From Lingula anatina (lineage: Eukaryota; Animalia; Brachiopoda), in NCBI GenBank assembly GCA_051362555.1, contig CM120646.1, positions 22,506,001-22,570,000 of the forward strand: DNA of 64,000 nucleotides. The letters are read 5' to 3'. Positions 53,862 to 64,000 of this stretch are shown here, piece by piece. A program made the translations under genes and the position numbers. The notes beneath the pieces are model-generated. The model saw nothing but the letters and a program-made list of their open reading frames with translations. It did not search any database and had not been told where the DNA came from. Position 1 is the stretch's first letter, and every line of letters begins with the position of its first letter.

Positions 53862-56800
53862 ACTCCATTGGGATAATTCGTGGGGCGAGATAAGATCTGT
53901 CATGATAATGATACAGTAATATTTACGATTAGGCCAGACAAAATTGATAGATCTATGTGAGTTAATTCCCCTTTACACTTGACGGCGTCCTTTATGCGCC
54001 CTGTAGTGCGGTCCCGTTAAGAGTAAAAAAAAAATTAATAATAATACTTAATGTGCCGACAACTGACCGATCGCTGAGCATTCATTTTGCAACCATAGAG
54101 ATGCCTGTGCCTCCTTTCTACGACCACAGCGCTGTCAGTTTCACGGTCGCACAAAGGACGCAGAAAGGACGCCGTCCAGTGTAAAGGGGGTTTTTTAACG
54201 AGCGGCAATTCTTTGTAAACTAGATTGGTAGACAGGAATTTTCTGTTTTTGTTTTTTAAACAAATTATGTTAAACAAGCATAAAGCAGCAGCATTAAGGG
54301 CTTTTCCTAGGCTCAAACATAAATGTCGGCTGCTGACCAAACATATACCCACTGCGATTTCTCATTTGAAAGATATAAATACTAGTAGGTGCCCAAAATA
54401 TGATTTCCCCGAAATTAGGGTTCGTTAAACATTTAAAAAGAAATCGCCTATCTTTTATCATTCAGCGATATTTAAGTTTGCTTTTAGTAACAGCGACTAG
54501 GGAAAAGAGAAGTTAAAACTTTCCAGTCCTTGTCTAACATAAATTACTTTATGTCCATGACTTTATCTATCTTAAGGATTATATTATATTATTCGCCCAA
54601 AGCTCCTTGTTTACTGCCTTATATTCATTATTTTGGGTATTAGATAAATATGCAGTGTTCCGTAAATTAATTAACATTTGCACCTATGTCATCTTATGGG
54701 TGACGTCATAATTGCGATTTAAGGGTAAAAACTGAAAAATCGGTATCTCAAATTTCTCTTTTGCCTGAGCACCCACGATCACCGTTTCAACGCCGATGTA
54801 ATGACACCATTTAGTACTCCAAAACCCTGACAGCGTTTTTTCTTAAAGGTCTTAGTTCAGACTTAATCGTTGGTAAAGCAAAATAATGCCTTTGTTTAAT
54901 GAAAAGTTGTAATTAGGGGCTCATACTCCATAACAAAAACATTTCAGCCAAAATAACGGCACGGGATTGTAGCCCATACACTCGTGGTCAACTTTGCCAG
55001 CTTTCGTGATAAAATGTTGGGTTCGTTACGCCCCATACCCATATGCTATCTCACCTCAAAATAGCAAAGTGTTAAATTGACGATTAAAGATATGGGTTGC
55101 CTATGCTAATACATTGCAGCGAGAAATATAAATGCCGATATTTTATTTATTTATTTTTTTTTTTAGGGTTTTTTATTGTTTTAAATCAGCGCAGAGATAG
55201 ATGCCTTATTGAATAATAAGATGCAGGAAAAACCTTATTTTCGGTATCTGGATGATAGTAAGGGTTACAATACCCTAAAAGGCTGAGATAACCCAATTTA
55301 TTTTAATGGAGTCAAAAACGTGAGCTTGCGCCTCATAATGCTTTTTTAATTTTTAATCTGAATAAAATAATTCTTTCATGTGAGAATAAAGTCAAATTTT
55401 CATTGATGTAAGTCTTTGATTTTTCGTAATTCCTTTCCCATTCTTTAAGTTCAGCATTCATCTTAAAAATGCGAATCATGTTCGCGTATGACCTTACAAG
55501 GAGATGAGATGAGAGCAATGCACTATGGCTAAACTACCTAGGTCCTAGGAACAGGGACGAGTAGAAAGCAGTGTTCTGCAACATGCGTTTATGCTCATTC
55601 GATTGACATCAAAGAAAATCTCTGGACCGTAAAATTTGTTTATATATCTATGTTTGTGACTTCTTGTTGACTACAGGTTTGCAGCTTGGATGAGCGAGAC
55701 ACTATTGCCACATAAGAATAAACATTCGACCTTAAGTTCTTTTTTTATTCATTTTATTATTATTATTGTTGTTGTTGTAGTTGTTGTTTTGTAGATAGCT
55801 CTCGCTTGTTCCAAATACAATATACTAACTTTGACTAAAATGAAAATTCTCTCTTTTCCTCGACGTTATGACAAATACCGTCCAACTTATTTGTGTCCTC
55901 TAATAACTGCTTTGGGTTATCTTCGCTATCAGTCGGTGTTACATGTAGGACAGATATAACGTGGGCACACTTAAAGTGATAAAAAAACCCGGCACGTGAA
56001 TTAAAAAAGACTCGCAAGGGTTCCGCGATATTCTGGATAAAGGTCAACAACCAGCATGCCAAAAGCAACTTTTTTTTTACAAAGTGATTCTTCACTGAAA
56101 TCTGACGCACTTTAAAACAGGAACGTCAATGTAAATGTTATATAGTGGCTGTGTTTATCTTAACACTCGTATTTACCCCTCCCAGATTAATGGTAAACAG
56201 TGTTGGAATTAAGACATTATTTTCTGTAGTTGGCACGACCTCCAGTCTAGATGTTTCGTCTGCCTTGTAGACTATTTTAAAAATCAGATTTGAGTCTCAT
56301 CTTCATTAAAAAAATAGATGTGTCACCTGTGTGTGATTTTTTAAAATTTTAATCGTTTCTTTAAACATCTAACAAAATCATTTTGTTTGCTTTGGTCACG
56401 AGTCTAACAGAAGTAAAAATTGGTAAAAACGTGAGCTTAATACGATAACGTTAGATGACATATGGCTGGTGGTAAATTTCAGTATATTTTCTATAGCTAT
56501 TGGCAAATGAAACTATTTGTTTATTCACATTTCATTGTTATTTGCAGCGAAATCTTCAGCGCGAGCTGGCCTCAGTCCAACAAAATACATATAGTGCATT
56601 CGTCTCGAAGGAAACCGGGCTTCAAAAACACCCATCTTACGTCAGTAAAGTGGCGAGATATTAACGAACCGAACACCACGTACAAAGAGATTGCTAGATT
56701 ATTTCTTCCTTGGAGGAAGGAAAACGCTGAACTCTTTTGAAGACCATCTAATTTTCAATCGCCTACTTCAAGTTGAAACAAAGTGGATCTGCTGCATATA

Positions 56801-56983
56801 ACAGTAAAGGACTTTCCAAATCCATTGTTTTCACGTGTGATTCACATTACTTTTCAAGTTACGACACAAGGATTTCAGTTTTCACATAGCTAACTCGGGA
56901 CGTTCGGATATCAACCCAGATCACACATTGCAGTAAGGTTTTACAGCCCACGTTGACATCCACCATCAACTACACACTGCAAA

Positions 56984-59900
56984 ATGAAAACCATGCTCCG
57001 AATGTCTCTTCTCATGCTTCTGGCGTTGCTTGGCAACGCCGAGGAGGGTCACCATGACGACCACGGCCACGTGGACGCCTTTAGCAGTGTGTTCAAACTT
57101 CTACAATCCAAGGACGTCTTAACTGAGGAATCGTACTTAACTCCACAGTCTGCACAGACTATATTAAATGAGGTTTTAAATCGATTTGGCTGCCTACAAA
57201 AACAGTTTAACTGTTCGGAGGTAAGGTTAAGGACTCCTTGGTTTAATACACTCTTTTACTTGTAGAATCATGGGCGTAACTAGGCATACGCACGGATGCA
57301 CTGTGCGTACAATTTTTTTTTTTTTTTTTTTTTTGGCCAAACATGGTATTATTTTATCTAGATGTAGTGTATTTTCCACGGAATATTATCGAAAATCGGA
57401 TGCGAACTTAGCCTCCTTTTAAATAAATATACTGTTCTGGGTCAATAAGAATATTGAAACTTTATTCAATCGCGAGAATATTTTTGATATATATGATGAA
57501 TTTATTATTAATGGAAATTAAGCTGTGATGTGTGTTACATATGCTGTGTGTCGCGTTAGTCTACATTTTGCTGTACGTGCTGGGAATTTTAAAAATCTGT
57601 GAGTACAATTTTAAAGCACTGGTTACGCCCCTGGAAGGTGGGGGGGGGGGGATAATGAACCAGGTTTCTTTTATCGCCAATAAAAAAGAGAAATATTATG
57701 CAGTGCACATTTGAATAAATGTTTGACGCCTGTATGCGGGCATGTCTAAATAACGTAACATGGCATCCATATCTGAAATACAAATGTAAACAAGTATAGA
57801 TGAAAAAAACCACTAAGAAAAGTTTTGTGATGTTCCCAACAATAGTTTTACACTCTTGACATAAACCTCTAATTAGATTTTTTGGGGGGATTTCAGTTAT
57901 CACTGTGTATTCTGACTTTTACATTGTGCATATTCTGAATAACGTGGGCTCTATTTAAAATATAGGCTACCACTCATTGGCCGGCGTCTTCGTTTTCAGT
58001 CTAGAATAGTAATGTCACATTGTCCATGTTTTTTCGTCGACGATTAATTGAAATTGCGAGAACAAAAAAGAACAAAAACGCGATTAACATAACTAGGCCC
58101 TTTGTTAAGTAATCAAACGTCACCTCACACGAGAAATTTTCTCTGCTTTACTTTAACTTCTGCACACATGATACTTACCCTAAAAGGAGACATATATGTC
58201 TCAGTTAAGTTTTTTCATGTGATACTAGATTGATAATAGTTTTGAGGAAAGAGTAATGACGTGAAGAAATATCGCCGTCTATATGAGACGGAGTTATTTG
58301 TTGCACTTGACGCTTTGGATTTCCCGTAAAATGTGAACTAATCTCTGAGTAAGAGGAAGTTGATTTCGACATGTCACCACATGCCGACTTTAACACTTGT
58401 AATTTTACAGAAATATTAATGATAATTTTAAAAAAATAGCTATGCCTGTACATGTGGAGAAATCTGCATAACGAAAACCATGACTAGTCTTTTGAGTTCA
58501 AGTTGATTATAGATTCTTTCAAAAAGTATTAACGTTCCTTCAGTTTATGCTCACTAAAGAAGGTACAACCAGTAGAACTTAAACACTTTCGACAAAGTCA
58601 AGTTTTAATGTCACTCCACGCGGCTACTCGACTTTCAGGAATAATTCCCATTGGTATCGCATTTTAAGCTGGGCACTGGGTTTGCCAAAATAAGGCTTTT
58701 GTTGTATGGCAGTCATGTATCCATATGAGTGTTATGTACAAAGGAGATCTCCCCCTCGTTTGTTATTATTGACATGAAGTTCTGAAGGTGCTGTCGAGCG
58801 TGGTGGAAATGACATTTGCGGTCGTTCTCAATAAATGTTTACTAGAATACATGAATTTTAGTCATCTAATCCATATAGTACCTATATATATGTATAATAA
58901 TAGTAGTACCTTGGAAGTGTGGTACAGTAAGTATATGCGGTAGATCGATCCCGGTGTCACGAAACTGAGGGTCAGTGCAACAGAAAGTCTGCCCTTTATA
59001 TGGTTATATATTGTATAATGGCTAGGGTCAGCTTGACCCAAGTGGGTCAAAATCTAGGGCGAGGCTCACCTGTTCAGAGTAACGGGAGGGGACTCTGTCA
59101 CTTACTGGTACGAGTGGACCTTCATAAATGACTGCCCTCTGTATTAATTTCGTAAGAGATTATTACAAAAACCACGCATAAATAAACCAATTGACCGACT
59201 TTGAATGTCGGAACGACATTAACCATTCCAAAGTATGGGAAAATTGTCCTTTACCCCGGGAAAATACGAGTTGTCATCACTTTAGTATTTATTTTCTTAT
59301 TTTAAATGCATGACATACATATGTTATAGAGAGAAATGACGACAGCAGTCTGGAGCTTTCGAACGTTTATTCACCGACTCTCGCTTCATACAACTTCACA
59401 AATATTTATACTTAATTTCTCCGTACTGATCACGCATTTACTTGTTTTCTTTTCCTTTGTCTTTGCGTGATTACAAAATATTTTCCATTCGCATGTTGCA
59501 AGTCACCATGCAACATTTCCTTATTAGGTAATCCCTAAGAGACTTGTTTTCAATTAAAGATATCTAAAATATTAGTTGGATTACTCATACTTGGACCTTA
59601 TCCAAAACTCAGTTATCATGTGATAAATAGATTGTCAAAATTAAAATATGTTATGAAATTAACCAATCACAGTAACTGTTACTGACTTTGACCTTTTTTC
59701 ATCTTTTTCTGACAGTAAAAACATTGTTGACTCTTGGTGAAACTTAACTTACACTCAATAACTCCCTATCCTTTTACTCGTTTGATTCCGTTTTAATTGT
59801 TATCTGTAATTAGTATAAGTGTAAGTAATTTGCTTTACAACACATAGTCCGCATTTATGGACGTGCGCACCGTTGATCAATTTGTACGATTCGCACGCTG

Positions 59901-62900
59901 CGTTCTTGTTATGCGACGAAATACATCCCCTTTAAACCTCCAACTTCCACACCAACCTGCCGCTTAAATACATTTTTCTCAATTGTCATTTTTTAATAGA
60001 TTGAAATTGACGTTTCACTGACAAGCCTGAAGATTTAAAACCAATGTCTTTGATTACAGCATAATTGCGACTGAATGTTTAAAATGTACGTTGATTAAGT
60101 TCAATGATATATCTCCCCCTGTCGAAATTCACCTTTTTTCTAGAAAACATCTTATTATTATATTATTAAAAACAAACTTCAGTCACATCTCTTGGAGCTT
60201 TAGAAAAATCGTTTTTGCACTTTATTTTGTTTAGCATATACCAACTTATCAGTATAGACACAAATTCCGTCATTGAATGCGTATGACAGAACACGCACAC
60301 AGAGAAGCTCGTGGTACCTTATAGTTGTTAAATCAATTTGAAAAATCGATTTTTTTACTCTTTTAGGAGCGATAAATCTAATCTGTAAAGCGACGATATT
60401 TTGACTAGCGGTTTGTGTCGTGATGAGTTATCTGAGATTTAGGACCCATAATCTTTTTTTCGTGGGTTCTAACTGAGATGTAGCGTTGCAATGGCCGCAG
60501 TCAGTTTCTCTATCAATTTTTGAGATTTATTTCTAAAACAGCCTAGTAGCAGTCGGTTTTGATGTCAAATCTGCGTAATGAACAGCGTTGGTACTTCTAG
60601 AGCACTGTCTTGCAATTGGTCAGATTCACAGAGCCCAGCGCGTTCATGAAGATAAATTTAATTACTCGCAATTTGGCTTCGTTGTGTGACCCAGTCTTTT
60701 ATTTTGCCGAAGGTTTGAAATCAATGCGATTACCTTTAGAAACTGTCATTTAAACATCATATTTCCGTTTGAAGAATCCTGTACGTTGCCTACTCGTGAT
60801 GATTTTTTAAAATAGTTTTCAAAGTATTTTTTACTCCTTTATGGTGAAACGTATGCTTTAAATAAAGCTTACACCTTCCCCCCATTACTCCCACCCCCAA
60901 GAAGAAATCCGAATTTAATTATAACTTTTTATCTTCTGGCATCCATTTTATGCCCTGGGAGATATTTTGTCAGACTTATTGATTTTATTGCACTCATAGG
61001 CTTACATATTCTCCTTACCTGGGTTATAAAACATGTACGCCCCTATTTGTTCTCTGTTATCTTTGGCAGCCGTATTTCACATATCGATCCATTTACTTAG
61101 CTTGTATGTAAACACGTTTGTGTTTGCATGCCCGTCTTTCACGTTACACGGCCCGTGGTAATCCGGGGCTGGGACACGCTGAGGTGAAATGGGCTTCACA
61201 TATTGCATTGTTTCACATATTGGTTTCACATAATTAGTTTCACGCGTTGGTTTCACGTAAAGGAGACAGAAGGTCAAATAGAAAATGCATCCTCTTTTTT
61301 TTTCTTTTTACTTTTTCTGGTTTGTGCTACAGTCATTATATAGAGTCGACCTACATAAGTTGCCACATCACCGGCGTGTTCAGGATTTAAGAAAGCTATT
61401 ATGAACTGATATAAATAAAAATGATAATAAAGAATTAAAGGAAGCGGTGGGTGGATGGGGGAGGGGATATGGGAACTTCCAAATTCCAAATTTGCAATCG
61501 CTCAAACGATGATGTAAGTTTTTAATAAAAGAAGTGATTCGTTTTTTTTTAAATTTTCCTAGACGTACGTTTTCTTTGTAACATGTCGAACTTGCCAAGC
61601 TGATGATATGTATATCGAGAATGAAGATGCGCCTACGGACACTGACAGGGGCAAAACCTTGGATTATTAAAAGGAAAAGAAAGGGGGTTCTTCCCCCTCC
61701 GCTTCCCCGCAGCTCTGCTCCTCTTCATTTTCTTGGGTGCAAATAAAAGTTGTGAAAAAGTGTTTAAAAAATAGGTTGAGGTAACTCGCAGTAACTACTG
61801 AAAAAGTAAATTAACATGCTTCAATGGACTTTGAAAGGACCCTTCAGCTGGTCATAGTGACCCAGACATTCCTACCTGGTGAGACCATGTACTACACATC
61901 TTTGCTAGACAGGCAAGATAAGTTTTATGGAGATAAATTACTTTAGGTTGGATTCACATGTCAAAGCCAAGCTCATAATCGCATGAGTAGGTCAACGATA
62001 ACGCTCGGTGGAGTCAGTCTCTGAAGCGTTGTCATGGACAGTCCGCGTGCATGCACAATGGTCACGCTATCGCAAGTGTAGGCCTACGAGTCTGAGGCTT
62101 ACGTTTGGGTAACTAATGTTTTCAAGAAGATATATATATATATATATATTTTTTTTTTCTTCTGTTTACATGTGTTTCAAAATGCACTTTAATAGCTAAA
62201 TGATAAAATTTAAAATAAAAGGAAATTAAATTTAAAATAAAATAAAACGAATTTGAATGAAATGAAATCAAAACAAAACAAATCAAAAATAAGATAAAAA
62301 ATAATGAAATTAAAATAAGATAAAATAAGATCAACTAAAAAGTAAGATAAAATAAATTAAATAAAAAGTGTTTATTTTTTCACGTAACATAAACCCTGCA
62401 TTTCTTTAGTCACCTTGTCAACCACTTATTTAAGAGTATATAACTTTTAAAACATTGGGTTCACTTTGTCTTGTTTTACTTGCGTTTGCTGTTATGAGCA
62501 CTTTTGTTTTGCATCTTTATGGCGCGCGATAGATATGACGATGAAGTCAACGAAAAGTTATGTGAAAAGCAAATCCCCAAAAGTACCAGGTATTAGAAAT
62601 TCTTAGGTATTGTAACACATATTTATGTGGACTACAAAATCAATGCATGAAAGCATTTTTGATTATACAAACGACTTAGTTGCGTTGCTTTAACAAAACC
62701 GTAACAGAATCTGAAACTAGTTCAGAAAACCAAAATTGCAGAGAGAGTTTCTTCGTCTTGACTCTAGACGATTTTTGTTTTTTTTTTTTAAACAAGACCA
62801 ATGATGAACAATTGTTCTATCTTAACTAGATACCCTCGGAAAGAACAGAGAAAAGGGCTAATGACGTTTTTATTTGTGAGCTGTGTCTTTTTCTTTAGTT

Positions 62901-63663
62901 TGTTAGCATGCGTGGAGGGGGGGGGGGGGTGTCGAAGCAGATATTGATGGCCAACAGTTCTATTTAGAACTTTAAAGTCAAGCTGTTATTACCATGTCTG
63001 TTTATTTTTCATTACAAATGTGGTTTTCTTGTTCCAGATGGTCTTCATTTTTCTGAAGCACACTAGGATGTCACCTTAATTGGTTAATCAACCTGGTTAA
63101 TTGACCCCCCCCCCCAAAAAAAAAAAAAAAAAAAAAAAACGAAGAAACTGACTTCAGAATGCCATATAGCCGCTTAATGCAAAATTCTGTTTGTTGAGGG
63201 TAGGAAATACCTTTAGCATTCTGCGTAATTGACCTTTTTTTTTAGCATGATGCATTATTTGAGCCCAATAATATTCTGCGTGAAACGTACGTGATTCAGG
63301 AATTCTTAGTGATTGGTGATTGACCTGAATATATATCTTCGTGATTGGTGATTGAGCTGTTTTAATTCTTGGTGATTGTTGATTAAGGGGAGAGGGTATT
63401 CCCTACTCTCTCTATATATATATACAGATGATCGGAAAATAATTGGAATATATTCACCAAAAATAATTTCATTTTTTATCTAGTGTATGCCATTGACTAC
63501 AGTTTTCTCTGTGGTTGGTGGAAACATCAGCGTTGGTTTGAGCGAGGAGCAGTACAACCAGGCCAGCGTGCTCATACTTTACTTCCTCCATGGTCAGGAG
63601 AGTGGGGTGTGCAATTTGAATTCCACATTGCCATTCAGCTTCTTTGCAGATGCGTTTATGAAG
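56984..63663 (+). CDS. 5' part of a probable LIV-1 subfamily ZIP metal transporter (ZIP4/ZIP12-like); continues beyond the window
   Basis: Exons 56984-57220 and 63484-63663 (phase 0/0). Signal peptide MKTMLRMSLLMLLALLGNA, His-rich EEGHHDDHGH, then LNRFGCLQKQFNCSECMPLTTVF..GLSEEQYNQASVLILYFLH..C, a Cys/helix pattern like the ZIP4/12 ectodomain. An ATG-free 436-nt UTR follows acceptor ttgcag|56548. The transmembrane domain is not in the window. Confidence 0.65.
57269..57633. mobile_element. hAT-like MITE
   Basis: catgggcgtaactag ... ctggttacgcccctg (13/15 inverted match). No target-site duplication is recognisable. Confidence 0.55.
59220..59285. mobile_element. Degenerate end fragment related to the Kolobok-like MITE
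   Basis: taaccatt..aagtatgggaaaattgt..ggaaaat..gagtt.t.atc.cttta resembles 13579-13664. Confidence 0.5.
62192..62366. repeat. (AAAAT/AAGAT)n low-complexity tract
   Basis: Direct reading of the sequence. Confidence 0.85.
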
Positions 63664-64000
63664 GTATAATTGATTGTTACTAATGAAGAAATCATTTTGC
63701 TTGTTTCCAAGGAGTTAACCAATTTTATTAACTTTTTTTTTTTTTTTGAGATTTATATAATATAAAATGATAAAATTGACTGAAGTTTTGTGTTGGAGTG
63801 TAGTGATTCATACTCATTTACCAAACAAATTAATGTTATAAATGCCTTACTTTTCAAGTAAAAGTATAAGATCAAATAGTTGAGTGTTGATAGAAACCTT
63901 GTATATTTGAACATGAAATTTGTTAATATTTTTAAAGAGTAAAAGATAAAAATAAGTAAACATAGGTGATATTGTTTCTATTTAGTATGTGTTATGCATT

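Noticed and set aside
59863-59870. Palindromic MRE-like gtgcgcac in the ZIP intron
   Set aside because: A single short motif is expected by chance in 64 kb.

Overview
AT-rich, intron-containing animal DNA. Myohemerythrin-type genes and HINE-type repeats suggest a lophotrochozoan, probably a mollusc, but the species cannot be fixed from the sequence. Hand splicing (GT-AG, phase-checked) gives, in order: a candidate orphan two-exon gene with furin-like sites (+); a Tx1/L1 LINE relic; flavin reductase/BLVRB-like (-); SNX10/11-like (-) head-to-head with a non-muscle myosin essential light chain (+); tRNA-Arg(CCG) (-); HUS1 (+); two head-to-head myohemerythrin-like genes; a Nop6-like RRM gene (-) head-to-head with a lifeguard/TMBIM gene (+); and the first two coding exons of a probable ZIP4/ZIP12-type metal transporter (+), which runs off the window. 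Three things stand out. (1) The lifeguard gene has three intact, tandem, paralogous terminal exons, each encoding the last two helices with the di-aspartyl pH sensor. (2) One hemerythrin has an iron-ligand His replaced by Cys. (3) A 2.9-kb Helentron-type element carries a ~145-bp satellite with a 3-mer higher-order repeat and perfect DR1 nuclear-receptor sites. No searches were run; family calls rest on recognised motifs.
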